This document shows, piece after piece, positions 1 through 10,150 of a stretch of 64,000 bases of DNA (position 1 is its first letter; each line of letters opens with the position of its first letter). The stretch covers positions 1 through 64,000 of IMG/VR virus record IMGVR_UViG_3300028888_001628; one strand, given 5' to 3'. The translations under genes were made by a program, and so were the position numbers. The notes beneath the pieces were generated by a model. It ran no database searches. It was not told where the DNA came from and saw only the letters and a program-made list of their open reading frames with translations. Source of the DNA: a virus. Taxonomy: Duplodnaviria; Caudoviricetes.

Positions 1-287
1 CTGCTATGTTTAAAACAATTCCAGCGTGCTATCATTACAAAGAGCCTCGATTATATACCATGAGAGAGTGGTTAACCACAATGGGAATGCCATACGATTT
101 TATTATGTATGGCGATGTTAAAAACTATTTTTATAAAATTGGTCAGAATGTTCCAGCTAGAACAGCTGAATTCATTATTAGTGAAGCTGTAAATGTAATA
201 GAAAATTGGGATTCAGTCGATCGTATTGTAGATAAGAAAAATGTACTATTTGACAATATTAAACAAAAAATTACTTCATTAAGTTAG
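1..287 (+). CDS. C5-cytosine DNA methyltransferase, C-terminal part (5' truncated)
   Basis: RLYTMREW..MGMPYDF and KIGQNVP resemble motifs IX and X of C5 MTases. Confidence 0.75.
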   Translation, partial: AMFKTIPACYHYKEPRLYTMREWLTTMGMPYDFIMYGDVKNYFYKIGQNVPARTAEFIISEAVNVIENWDSVDRIVDKKNVLFDNIKQKITSLS

Positions 288-309
288 TTAAATAGTTTAC
301 TTTAGAATA

Positions 310-339
310 AACCGTAGTTATTATAACTACGGTTATTTT
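310..339 (+). terminator. Intrinsic terminator-like hairpin
   Basis: AACCGTAGTTA/TAACTACGGTT inverted repeat followed by T-rich tail. Confidence 0.6.
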
Positions 340-361
340 ATGACTTAGTCAGAGGGATCAT

Positions 362-763
362 ATGAATACTTATAAGCGATTGATCGTTGATTTAGACAAT
401 ACAATTTCATTTACAATAAATGGTGATTATATAAACAGCAAACCTATTAAGCCAACTATTGATTTGCTTAAAAGATATCACGATGATGGCTGGGAAATTG
501 TAATAAATTCATCTAGAAATATGAGAACATATGATTGCAATGTTGGTAAAATAAATATATACACATTACCAAATATTGTAAATTGGTTAAATAAATATGA
601 AGTCCCTTATGATGAAATAATAGTAGGAAAGCCGTGGTGTGGCTATGATGGGTTTTACATAGACGATAAAGCTATTAGACCATCTGAATTTCATAGCATG
701 AATCTAGATGAAATTAATGATCTTCTTGAAAAAGAAAGATCTTATATAGAGAGTGTAGTATGA
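362..763 (+). CDS. HAD phosphatase, BcbF/EcbF capsule-biosynthesis type
   Basis: DLDNT motif I, SSRNMRTY, VPYDEIIVGKPWCG..FYIDDKAIRPSEF. Confidence 0.85.
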   Translation: MNTYKRLIVDLDNTISFTINGDYINSKPIKPTIDLLKRYHDDGWEIVINSSRNMRTYDCNVGKINIYTLPNIVNWLNKYEVPYDEIIVGKPWCGYDGFYIDDKAIRPSEFHSMNLDEINDLLEKERSYIESVV

Positions 764-2298
764 TCTTAATTACATCAGCCAGTTACGTAAATTATGGGTT
801 AGCTTCAGAGTTTGGCAATATTCCGCCATGTATGTTGCCAGTCCAAAATAGACGATTATATGAACATCAGTATAATTTAATAGAGCGCTTACAAGATAAA
901 TTAGATAGAAGAGAAAAAGTTTATCTGTCATTACCAGCAGATTATGAAATACCTTACTTTGATGAATTAAACTTTTATCGGCTTGGTATTAACATAATTA
1001 AGATTAGCAGCAAGCTGTCATTACTTTCATCTATTATTGAAGCTTTAGAGTACGCTGATGACACAGAAACTGTTCGTATATTATTCGGTGATACTTTGTT
1101 TGCTGAACTCCCTACTGACTTAGATGTGTACCTTTATGATGATAGTAACGATGATTACAAATGGGATTACTTAGATTCAAACAACGTTTACTCCGGTTAC
1201 TTTGCATTTTCAAATGTTAAAGAACTTCGATCATCTTTGAATTACATACATCATAATGATAATAGTGATAATTTTACTAATGTTATTAGTAAATATAAAC
1301 TTAATGGTCTTAAAGCTTTAGGTTGGTTGGATTTCGGCCTACAGAATACTTATTACCGCTCAACCTCAAAATTCACAACGCAACGTTCATTCAATTCACT
1401 ATACATAAAGAGATTTTCAGTTAAAAAATGCAGTAAAGATCTCAAGAAGATGCAGGCTGAGTATAATTGGTTCACTAATATACCAACTGATATGAAGCAT
1501 TATATTCCAGCAGTATTAAACACGTGTGAAAACGGTTATGAGATTGAGTACTTTTATTTAAGTTCATTGTCCAATATGTATGTGTATGGTGAGAGCTCAT
1601 TTCATACATGGGTTAACATTATTAATGCTTGCTGTGAGTATCTTACGTCTGAATATTCACATTCTGGAGATGAGTCAGTAGCTCATACAAATAACAAGTT
1701 ATTTACTGAAAAGACAAAAAACCGTATTGATAAGTATGCTAGTGATACAGGGTTTGATTTAAATAAACCAATTAAGATAAACAACATCACTGTACCATCT
1801 GTAAATGACATTATAAATGAACTAGATAGCTATATAGAAAAAGATTCTGTTCGTTATTCATCTATTATGCACGGAGATTTTTGCTTTAGTAATACTTTAT
1901 ATGATTTTAAATCGCAATCCGTTAAAGTAATTGATCCACGAGGTATATCAGCAGATGGAAAAGAAATTACGATATATGGTGATTTACGGTACGATGTTGC
2001 CAAACTTGCACATTCAATTATAGGTAAATATGACTTTATAATTGCGGGTAGGTTTGATTACAAAGAAGCTTCACCGTACGATATAACATTTAATGTTTAT
2101 TGCAATAAAAACTGCAGAATTTATAAATACTTTTTAGATCGTATGCTTTCATTATATAATATATCTGCAAATACTATTTACTCTATTATGATAAATCTAT
2201 TTCTTTCTATGCTACCATTGCACAGTGATGATAGATTACGTCAGAAAGCACTTTTCGTGAATGCGTTAAAACTTTATTTGGAGTATAAATCTTTATGA
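760..2298 (+). CDS. Nucleotidyltransferase-like domain fused to APH/kinase-fold domain (BcbG-like)
   Basis: N-term EFGNIPPCMLP, FGDTL, WLDFG; C-term HGDFCFSN and IDPRG kinase motifs. Confidence 0.75.
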   Translation: MILITSASYVNYGLASEFGNIPPCMLPVQNRRLYEHQYNLIERLQDKLDRREKVYLSLPADYEIPYFDELNFYRLGINIIKISSKLSLLSSIIEALEYADDTETVRILFGDTLFAELPTDLDVYLYDDSNDDYKWDYLDSNNVYSGYFAFSNVKELRSSLNYIHHNDNSDNFTNVISKYKLNGLKALGWLDFGLQNTYYRSTSKFTTQRSFNSLYIKRFSVKKCSKDLKKMQAEYNWFTNIPTDMKHYIPAVLNTCENGYEIEYFYLSSLSNMYVYGESSFHTWVNIINACCEYLTSEYSHSGDESVAHTNNKLFTEKTKNRIDKYASDTGFDLNKPIKINNITVPSVNDIINELDSYIEKDSVRYSSIMHGDFCFSNTLYDFKSQSVKVIDPRGISADGKEITIYGDLRYDVAKLAHSIIGKYDFIIAGRFDYKEASPYDITFNVYCNKNCRIYKYFLDRMLSLYNISANTIYSIMINLFLSMLPLHSDDRLRQKALFVNALKLYLEYKSL

Positions 2299-3038
2299 GA
2301 AAGCTACACGTTATAATGCCTATGGCAGGAGAAGGCTCTCGTTTTAAACAAGTTGGTATCGATACACCAAAACCTTTAATAAAAGCAAATGGTGTTCCAT
2401 TCTTTGTTAGAGCGCTGTCATCTATAAAAGATTCATTTGATGATTTAAAAGTTACGTGTATAATTCAATCAAAACATGATACAGATCATTGTTTAAGTAA
2501 TGGTATTAAAAGTGAGTTTCCATTTGCAAATATAGTAGTGTTACCAAAATTAACAAATGGTGCAGTTGAGACTTGTTTAGCTGCTAAGCCTTTTATGTGT
2601 AAAGACGATGCTATTCTTATTATGGATTGTGATCTAGAGTGGAAGTCTAATAAATATATATTAGCTATAAAAAGCCTTCTTAGAAGTGATTCTAGTACTA
2701 TTGGTGGGCTGCTACTTTCGTTTGATTCAGATAAACCAAGATATAGTTATGCTAAGGCTGACAAAGATAATGTTGTTATAGAAACTGCTGAGAAATCTGT
2801 AATATCAAATAATGCACTAGTTGGCGCATATTACTTTAATACTGTAGATGATTTTATCTTATCTTCAGATAAGCTAGTAACTAAAAATAAATTATCAGAT
2901 ATTAAAGAATACTATATTTCATTATTATATAATTATTTAATTCAGAATGGGCGCACAGTTATATTATATAAAGTCGACACTCTACACTCATTCGGTACAC
3001 CAGAGGAACTTAGCGAGTATGAACATTCTTTTAATTAA
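2295..3038 (+). CDS. Sugar nucleotidyltransferase (BcbE-like)
   Basis: MPMAGEGSRF..PKPLI, GAVET, DCD, EYYIS, FGTPEEL. Confidence 0.85.
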   Translation: MRKLHVIMPMAGEGSRFKQVGIDTPKPLIKANGVPFFVRALSSIKDSFDDLKVTCIIQSKHDTDHCLSNGIKSEFPFANIVVLPKLTNGAVETCLAAKPFMCKDDAILIMDCDLEWKSNKYILAIKSLLRSDSSTIGGLLLSFDSDKPRYSYAKADKDNVVIETAEKSVISNNALVGAYYFNTVDDFILSSDKLVTKNKLSDIKEYYISLLYNYLIQNGRTVILYKVDTLHSFGTPEELSEYEHSFN

Positions 3039-4197
3039 AACTGACACTATAAGATTTAAAGAATGCCAATCAAAAGAAATAACATTTGGAGGTGTTGATT
3101 TAGCAGCTTTATTTTTTGGCTCGTTAGTAAAACTTTATCAAGAACATACGTTTTATTTAGTTGGATCAAATGATATTTCTATAGCTAATATGCCAAAAAA
3201 TCTCGTCTCTTTAGAAGAGCCTATTAAAAATAAATCGAAAGAGTCAGGTAAAGTAAAATATAAAGCTGGAATAGATTACTGTAATGAAAATAATATTTCA
3301 TTCGATAAAGCTCTTATTTGGTACGGCCCATCGCTTGCTATAGTTCAATATGATGACAACTATCTTACGATGAAAGGAACTGTAAGAAGACCTTTACAGT
3401 CACAAACAAGATACAGTGATGGCTTAGCTATGGCTACGCAAATGCACGTTCCAACTTACTATATATTAAATGACGCTAGACAGCTTGGGTGTTTACCACT
3501 TGATGTTGATGATCCAAAGATGGTAATTTCACAGATGAACGGTGTGATTCATAATAAAGCTTATTTACCAAATAGTAAGTCTGATTTGTTTATTAGGGAT
3601 ATAGATGTAACATACAAACCGATAGAATTTTTATGGCTTGCTTCTAAAAATAAAATTGATTGGCGTAACTTTAAAAAAGATAATAAGTTTATTATAGTAT
3701 GCAATGGTATGCCATACAGATATAAATACATAAAAGAATGGATTTTAAAATATCTTCCAAATGAGGTTATTTACGGTAAATGGACTAGTCCAAAATTTAT
3801 TTGGGAAGCAATTGAGCGCGATGGTTATACAGATAACTTTAAATTTAAGCCAATGGTAACCATGGAAGATAAAATGTTTTCCACAAGATATACTTTGGTA
3901 ATTCCACTAGAAAAAGAATACCCATCATTTGTTACACAAAAAGCAATATCTATGGTTTACTATGGAATTATTCCATTCTGGTGTATATATGATTATGATA
4001 GTGACAATTTATATAAAGACTTTCCTGACTACATTAAGGTAAGATCTCCTGAAGAGTTTTACGCTAAAATGGATGAGTTAGATTCAAATGAAGAATTATA
4101 CACTGAGATTAAGAATCAGTTATATGATTTATTGTTAGACAAGTACTTTACAATTGACTTTGTAAAAGAAATATTCGATGATGTTATTTCAGACTAA
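3019..4197 (+). CDS. GT-B glycosyltransferase, T4 beta-glucosyltransferase-like (putative DNA glycosyltransferase)
   Basis: ILNDARQL resembles BGT LFTDIRL; FVTQK...YDSD resembles BGT FITLR...FDTK; adjacent to dCMP-modifying enzyme; start moved to ATG 3019. Confidence 0.6.
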   Translation: MNILLIKTDTIRFKECQSKEITFGGVDLAALFFGSLVKLYQEHTFYLVGSNDISIANMPKNLVSLEEPIKNKSKESGKVKYKAGIDYCNENNISFDKALIWYGPSLAIVQYDDNYLTMKGTVRRPLQSQTRYSDGLAMATQMHVPTYYILNDARQLGCLPLDVDDPKMVISQMNGVIHNKAYLPNSKSDLFIRDIDVTYKPIEFLWLASKNKIDWRNFKKDNKFIIVCNGMPYRYKYIKEWILKYLPNEVIYGKWTSPKFIWEAIERDGYTDNFKFKPMVTMEDKMFSTRYTLVIPLEKEYPSFVTQKAISMVYYGIIPFWCIYDYDSDNLYKDFPDYIKVRSPEEFYAKMDELDSNEELYTEIKNQLYDLLLDKYFTIDFVKEIFDDVISD

Positions 4198-4241
4198 ATA
4201 GCTTGTATATTATAATAAACTAACTAATCTGGAGTAACACT

Positions 4242-4934
4242 ATGAATAGTATTAAAACAACCGAAGACATTAGAAAAGAGCTTGTTAGTCTGTATAGCGA
4301 TAAGTGTTTTCGTACAGGCAAATATGGAATGACTGTAGAAATTCAAAATGTGCATTTTCTTGCTGATAAAGACTGGATTATTCGCAAACCAAATTATGAT
4401 TATGCAAAAAGAGAGATTCAATGGTATGAGTCACAGTCTCTGTATGTCAAAGATATTCCTGGTGATGTACCAAAGATTTGGCAAATGTGTGCTGATAAAG
4501 ATGGGAAGATAAATTCTAACTATGGATGGTGCATTTGGTCTGAAGAAAACGGTAGTCAGTTTAAACACTGTGTAGAAAGATTATTAGATGATCATTGTAC
4601 TCGTGAAGCATGTATGATTTACAATAGACCTTCTATGCAAGTTGATTGTAACAAGAACGATATGCATGATTTCATGTGTACATTCTCTACTCAACATTTT
4701 TTAAATGAAATTGATGAGAATAAATTTAGATTAGATTACACAGTTTTTCAGAGAAGCTGCGATGCGTGCTTTGGGTATAATAACGATAAACTCTGGCATG
4801 ATTACGTTCAATCTTATTTATTAGAAGCTCTACGGTCAAAAGGTCTTAACGTTAAATCAGGAAATATGATTTACAACTGTGGATCACTTCATGTTTACGA
4901 ACGACATTTTAAACATTTACAGTTAATAGATTAA
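4242..4934 (+). CDS. dCMP hydroxymethylase-like thymidylate synthase homolog (T4 gp42 family)
   Basis: INSNYG, DFMCT catalytic Cys, RSCDACFGYNND with Asp at the dCMP-specificity position, SLHVYERHF. Confidence 0.85.
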   Translation: MNSIKTTEDIRKELVSLYSDKCFRTGKYGMTVEIQNVHFLADKDWIIRKPNYDYAKREIQWYESQSLYVKDIPGDVPKIWQMCADKDGKINSNYGWCIWSEENGSQFKHCVERLLDDHCTREACMIYNRPSMQVDCNKNDMHDFMCTFSTQHFLNEIDENKFRLDYTVFQRSCDACFGYNNDKLWHDYVQSYLLEALRSKGLNVKSGNMIYNCGSLHVYERHFKHLQLID

Positions 4935-4942
4935 TTTACTTT

Positions 4943-4977
4943 AAATCACCAGAAAAAAATTTTTTCTGGTGATTTTT
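4943..4977 (+). terminator. Intrinsic terminator
   Basis: AAATCACCAGAAAAA/TTTTTCTGGTGATTT plus T tail. Confidence 0.7.
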
Positions 4978-4978
4978 G

Positions 4979-5007
4979 TTTACATATGAAATAGAAAGTT
5001 TTATAGT
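4979..5007 (+). promoter_or_regulatory. Sigma70-like promoter of second sugar module
   Basis: TTTACA-17 nt-TATAGT. Confidence 0.6.
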
Positions 5008-5052
5008 TATATTTGTAAGTTGGGATTACCTATTTTATTGAGAGGTAAGCAA

Positions 5053-5955
5053 ATGATTTCACAAAATAATCTTGGAATTAATCTTGGTTTTGCGAATAAT
5101 CGTTTTCCAGAACCAGAAGTATGGACTGACATAGTTGCTAATAAGCTTGACTTACATAAAGTTCAGTTTGTAGCTGACATTCTTAATCCAACTCTAAAGC
5201 TATACAATAAAGATTACTATGACAGTCAGATAAATAAAACTGTTGAATGTATAGCTAAACACAGCATTAGTGTTACTTCTATAATGACTTCATCATTTAC
5301 TAGAGTAAATCATTTCGCTCATCCGGATAAAGAATACAAAGATGCCTGGTTAGCATGGTTTAATGATTTTCTTGACATGGGTAAAAAGCTTGGGGCTAAA
5401 TCGGCTGGATCTCATTTTGGTATTTTAACAGTTGAGTCTTTGGTTAATAAAGATAAGTTATACAAAGATGCTATACATTATTGGGCTGAACTATCTATTA
5501 TAGCAAGAGATTTAAATTACGACTTTCTTTTCTTTGAACCAATGTCTGTTGATAGAGAATTTGGTAATACTATTGAGAAGACAGAACAAATACTAAGTGA
5601 TTTAAATGAAGTATCAGCTATTCCATTTAAGATTTGTTTAGATGTCGGTCATGCGCCTCATCCATCTCAAAGAGACTATAAAGAGTGGATGAAAAGATTA
5701 GCTAAAGACAGTCCAATAATTCATTTACAACAGACTACTTTAAATAATTCAAATCACTCTCCTTTCACATCTATCTACAACACTAATGGAATTATAGATC
5801 CGTATTGGATTATTAATTTACTAAATGAATCTGGACTATCTCCAGAATTGGATTTTGAGATTGGCTTTAGAGAAAAAGAAGAAATTGAGCATACAGTAAT
5901 AAATGACTTAGTTGAATCGGCTAACTATTGGAAACAGTGCATAGGTGGAAACTAA
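5053..5955 (+). CDS. Xylose-isomerase-like TIM-barrel sugar-phosphate epimerase (EryC-like)
   Basis: GINLGFANNRFPEP, EPM, LDVGH, IHLQQ metal ligands; ATG 5053 follows GAGG. Confidence 0.7.
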   Translation: MISQNNLGINLGFANNRFPEPEVWTDIVANKLDLHKVQFVADILNPTLKLYNKDYYDSQINKTVECIAKHSISVTSIMTSSFTRVNHFAHPDKEYKDAWLAWFNDFLDMGKKLGAKSAGSHFGILTVESLVNKDKLYKDAIHYWAELSIIARDLNYDFLFFEPMSVDREFGNTIEKTEQILSDLNEVSAIPFKICLDVGHAPHPSQRDYKEWMKRLAKDSPIIHLQQTTLNNSNHSPFTSIYNTNGIIDPYWIINLLNESGLSPELDFEIGFREKEEIEHTVINDLVESANYWKQCIGGN

Positions 5956-5956
5956 T

Positions 5957-6910
5957 ATGAAAGCAATTCAAATTGAAAAAGATTTTAATAATTCATCTAT
6001 TGTTGATTTAGATGAACCCACTGTAGAAGAAAATCAATTGTTATTAAACGTAAAAGCAGTAGGCATCTGTCAATCAGATATTGCTAGAGTATTTAATCAA
6101 TCTGCATATTATTATCCTATTATACTAGGACATGAGTTCTCTGGCATAGTTAATGGAAATAAATCAACAGTGTTTCCTATTATACCATGTAGAAAGTGTG
6201 CTGAATGTAGTTTGGGAAATTATGCACAGTGTTCTAATTATTCGTACTATGGCTCTAGACAAAGTGGTGGGATGCAGGAACGAATAGCCGTTAGAAAATG
6301 GAATATCATAAGTGATGATAAACTTTCTTGCGAAGAATTAGCTCTTATAGAACCAAGTGCAGTTGCTATGAATGCTATTCGTTTCATTGATAAATACTGT
6401 AGATCCGTTTTAATAAATGGATGTGGTTTTATCGCTTTAGTAGCTGCGCAAATACTTACACATGTTGGTAAAACAGTGTATATTAGAAATAGAAATCAGG
6501 AGAAGTTAAAGTTTGCAGTTAAGAACTTTGATTTAATTGAATATAAAGATCAGCCATTTGACTGTGCTATTGATTTTGTTTCTAACTCTGCGTCAATGAA
6601 TTTCTTAATTGAAAAAGTAAAATCGCATGGTTCAATCATAGCGGTAGGAAATCCTTCAAATGAAGTAACTTTTGATAAAGCTAATTATTCAAAAGTTTTG
6701 CGAAAAGAACTAAACATTCGTGGGATTTGGAATTCACATCGTGAAGATTGGCTTGATGTTATTAAACTTATTAGTGATCGTAGTATTGATGTGAATAAAC
6801 TAATTACACATAAATACGATTATACTGATTTTAAGAAAGCATTTGAGAAAATAAGAGATAATCAAACAAATTACAACGAGCTGATTATTAAGAGTGTTAT
6901 TTTATTTTAA
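5957..6910 (+). CDS. Zn-dependent polyol(-phosphate) dehydrogenase, GatD-like
   Basis: GICQSD, LGHEFSG, CxxCxxC(x7)C, EPSAV. Confidence 0.85.
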   Translation: MKAIQIEKDFNNSSIVDLDEPTVEENQLLLNVKAVGICQSDIARVFNQSAYYYPIILGHEFSGIVNGNKSTVFPIIPCRKCAECSLGNYAQCSNYSYYGSRQSGGMQERIAVRKWNIISDDKLSCEELALIEPSAVAMNAIRFIDKYCRSVLINGCGFIALVAAQILTHVGKTVYIRNRNQEKLKFAVKNFDLIEYKDQPFDCAIDFVSNSASMNFLIEKVKSHGSIIAVGNPSNEVTFDKANYSKVLRKELNIRGIWNSHREDWLDVIKLISDRSIDVNKLITHKYDYTDFKKAFEKIRDNQTNYNELIIKSVILF

Positions 6911-6933
6911 CCACTATCTATATAGGTGTAAGA

Positions 6934-7956
6934 ATGATTCAGGCTGTATTAAAAGAACTCGGTAAGATTGAACTAAAGCGCGTTTCTCGTAAAAAGCTTA
7001 AGCCAGGTGAGATACGACTTAAGGTTATTTCGTGTGCTATATGCGGATCAGATATTCGTATTTATAATTACGGTAATTCTAGAGTAAATTTACCGCACGT
7101 GATAGGTCATGAAGTAGTAGGTAAGATAATTGAAGTACCTGATGATTGTAATCTTACTGTTGGTGATTATTGCTGCTTTGGAGCAGATCTTCCATGTGGT
7201 GACTCTAATTGTAAATATTGTAAAGCTGGTGACTTTGGATCATGTGATAAAAATTTAGCAATTGGTTACCAATTTGATGGTGGATTTGCTGAAGAAATGA
7301 TTATTCCAAAAGTATGTTATAGCTATGGAGCTGCTTTTGGAGTTATACCAGTAGTAGGCAGTGATGTATATAAATACTCATTGGTTGAGCCTTTAGCATG
7401 TGCTATTCATGGAGTTGAGCCAATGAATATTAAAACATCAGATGATGTTTTAATATTTGGTGGTGGACCAATTGGATTAATGATTGGTGATATATGTTTA
7501 AATTTAGAAAAGTGTAATTCTGTTACTATTGTGGAATTATCACCAGCTAGAGTAGATCTAATTCATAAGCTGTTTCCAAAGTTTAATGTTACAAGTGATT
7601 ATAAAACACTCGATAAAGAGTTTGATGTAATATTTACAGCTAATTCAGCGTCAGATTGTCATAGAATAGCTGTTGATATGGCTGCTAAAAATGCACGTAT
7701 AAATTACTTTGGTGGATTAGGCATTAAAGAGCTTGTACCTATTGACACTAATAAAATTCATTATAAACAGTTAATGATTACTGGAACACACGGTTCACGA
7801 AAATGCGACTTTGATAAAGCTTATACATGCGTTAAGTCGAATTGGTTAGACATGAACAAATATATTACATCGGTGTTTTCTTTAAAAGACATCAATAAAG
7901 CCTTTGATGCTGCTAAAGACTTATGTAACCTTAAGATTATTATAAAGGGTGAGTAG
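6934..7956 (+). CDS. Zn-dependent polyol dehydrogenase, iditol/sorbitol DH-like
   Basis: ICGSD, GHEVVG, structural Zn cysteines, EPLAC, GGGPIG. Confidence 0.85.
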   Translation: MIQAVLKELGKIELKRVSRKKLKPGEIRLKVISCAICGSDIRIYNYGNSRVNLPHVIGHEVVGKIIEVPDDCNLTVGDYCCFGADLPCGDSNCKYCKAGDFGSCDKNLAIGYQFDGGFAEEMIIPKVCYSYGAAFGVIPVVGSDVYKYSLVEPLACAIHGVEPMNIKTSDDVLIFGGGPIGLMIGDICLNLEKCNSVTIVELSPARVDLIHKLFPKFNVTSDYKTLDKEFDVIFTANSASDCHRIAVDMAAKNARINYFGGLGIKELVPIDTNKIHYKQLMITGTHGSRKCDFDKAYTCVKSNWLDMNKYITSVFSLKDINKAFDAAKDLCNLKIIIKGE

Positions 7957-7958
7957 CT

Positions 7959-8594
7959 ATGTTTTCAAGTTCTATAATGTGTGTAAATCAGCTTGAATTA
8001 AAAAGCTATATAGATTTGTTTAATAAATATAAATTTGGAATGATTCACATTGACATTATGGACGGTAAATTTGTAAATAATATAATGTACGGTCCATACA
8101 TTATTAATGATCTTAGAAAGTATACAGATTTAAAATTTGACATTCACCTAATGATAGATAAACCAGAATATAAATTAGGTATGTTTAATTTTAATAGTAA
8201 TGATAGAGTGGCTATTCATTACGAATCTACAAAGAATTTAATGCAGACTATCTTAATGTATAAAGAAAAAGTGGGTGAGTTGTTTATTGCAATAAATCCA
8301 GCTACTCCAGTGTTTTTACTTGAAGAAGTTATTGGTATTATTGATGGCATATTAGTTATGTGCGTAAATCCAGGGTTTGCTTCACAGGATATGATTTTTA
8401 ATATACCAAACAAGATTAAGAATATTCATAAATTATATCCTGAATTAAAGATTGAAGTAGATGGTCATATTACGCCTGATTATTACTATCAATTCAAAGA
8501 TATGGGCGTAGAAGATTTTGTATTAGGGACTTCATTTATTTTTAAGAATGGTTTAATTGGGACTGAATCTATTATAAAAGGGTTATCTGTATAA
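7959..8594 (+). CDS. Ketose-phosphate 3-epimerase (Rpe/AlsE family)
   Basis: HIDIMDG, DIHLM, INPATP, VNPGF, EVDG; N-term SIMC resembles AlsE SLMC. Confidence 0.85.
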   Translation: MFSSSIMCVNQLELKSYIDLFNKYKFGMIHIDIMDGKFVNNIMYGPYIINDLRKYTDLKFDIHLMIDKPEYKLGMFNFNSNDRVAIHYESTKNLMQTILMYKEKVGELFIAINPATPVFLLEEVIGIIDGILVMCVNPGFASQDMIFNIPNKIKNIHKLYPELKIEVDGHITPDYYYQFKDMGVEDFVLGTSFIFKNGLIGTESIIKGLSV

Positions 8595-10150
8595 TGAGTG
8601 CGTACCAAGTAATTATTACATTAGGTGGGACTGGTAAACGATTTGCTGATGCGGGCTATGAGTTACCAAAGTATATGCTTCCTATTAGCATCTTTGATTC
8701 TAATTATAAGGTAATTGATTTAGTAACAAAGATGTATGAAGACAATGATACTGATATTTTATTTTTGTGTAATAAAGATCATATTGAAAAGTATAACCTA
8801 AAACAATTACTTGGTAAATATGGTACAGTGATACCAGTTGTACCTGGTAAAGGGCCAGGTGATGCTATATTGCAGGCTAAAAATTTTATCGATGTTAATA
8901 AACCAACGTTTGTACAGTATTGCGATACTTTTCAGCCATGGGATTTACAAAAGATTAAGAACTATATAGAAAAGTATAACCCAGATTCAGCAGTGGTTGT
9001 TACGAATGAGAAGTGTCCTTCTGTATATGACGGAACATTGTATGGAAGAGTAAAAATAAAAAATAATCTTATAAAAGATATTAAAGAAAAAGCTGAGCCA
9101 GAGTATTCAGACTATCTTGGCTGTGGTACATTTTACTTTAGAAGTGGTCTTGTATTACTTAAATATATTGAAATACAAGATAAAGATAAAGATAAGTATT
9201 ATTTAAACGGTGAGTCATATATTAATTGTACAATAAAGGCAATGCTAGATGATTGTCAAAATGTGATTCCTATAAATGTAACTGACTATCTAAATCTTGG
9301 TGTACCACGTGACTATGAAGAATATATGTATTGGCAAAGACTTGAGTGTAAGTATGCCAATAAAATTACTCATAAAGGACCAATACTCCAAGATTCTACC
9401 ATTATTATGCCTGCCGCTGGTTTAGGTTCAAGATTTAAAAATGTATATAATAAACCTAAGCCATTAATTGATGTTAATAATTCTCCGATGTACAAAGAGG
9501 CTATTAATCTATCTTTTAATCCGGAGAATGTTGTTATTGTTACTAGAAAGGATTTAGAATTTTATAAAGAATTCAAAGATTCTGCTGAAGGTAATGATTA
9601 CACTTTTATAGGTCTTGATTCTATAACTGATGGTCAAGCTATTACAGTTAAAGAGGGATTAAAAGAAATTACACATGGGCCTATTATTATAAATTCGTGT
9701 GATCAGGGAATTTTATATGATGAGGTTAGATTTAATAATATTTATGATTCATCAGATATTATAGTATGCGGTATTAAGAACTATCAACCAGCTTTACGAA
9801 AAGTGAATTCTTTTTCATGGATTAAATGTGATGGAGATAGTGTTATTGAAGTTACGTCAAAAAGATGTGACGGAGATCCAAAAGAAAGTTTAGCTTTTGT
9901 AAGCTGTTTATTGTATAAAAATAAACACATTTTAGAAGATAGTATAAATGCTCTTATTAAAAGAGGAGCTAAAACTAATGGTGAATATTATATAGATGAA
10001 TCCATAAATGATAGTATTTCACTTGGGTATAAAGTAAAAGTTCTTGAGATAGATGCTTATCTTAACTGGGGAACTCCAGAAGAATTAGAACTATATCAAT
10101 GGTGGAATCGATTTTTTACTAAAACAGGTTTGTATGATTATTTGGCATAG
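8594..10150 (+). CDS. Tandem two-domain sugar nucleotidyltransferase
   Basis: GGTGKRF..PKY...LGVPRDY and PAAGLGSRF..PKPLI...WGTPEEL. Confidence 0.85.
   Translation: MSAYQVIITLGGTGKRFADAGYELPKYMLPISIFDSNYKVIDLVTKMYEDNDTDILFLCNKDHIEKYNLKQLLGKYGTVIPVVPGKGPGDAILQAKNFIDVNKPTFVQYCDTFQPWDLQKIKNYIEKYNPDSAVVVTNEKCPSVYDGTLYGRVKIKNNLIKDIKEKAEPEYSDYLGCGTFYFRSGLVLLKYIEIQDKDKDKYYLNGESYINCTIKAMLDDCQNVIPINVTDYLNLGVPRDYEEYMYWQRLECKYANKITHKGPILQDSTIIMPAAGLGSRFKNVYNKPKPLIDVNNSPMYKEAINLSFNPENVVIVTRKDLEFYKEFKDSAEGNDYTFIGLDSITDGQAITVKEGLKEITHGPIIINSCDQGILYDEVRFNNIYDSSDIIVCGIKNYQPALRKVNSFSWIKCDGDSVIEVTSKRCDGDPKESLAFVSCLLYKNKHILEDSINALIKRGAKTNGEYYIDESINDSISLGYKVKVLEIDAYLNWGTPEELELYQWWNRFFTKTGLYDYLA

Noticed and set aside
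4242-4934. Ordinary thymidylate synthase
   Set aside because: Asp rather than Asn at the specificity position and gp42-like motifs
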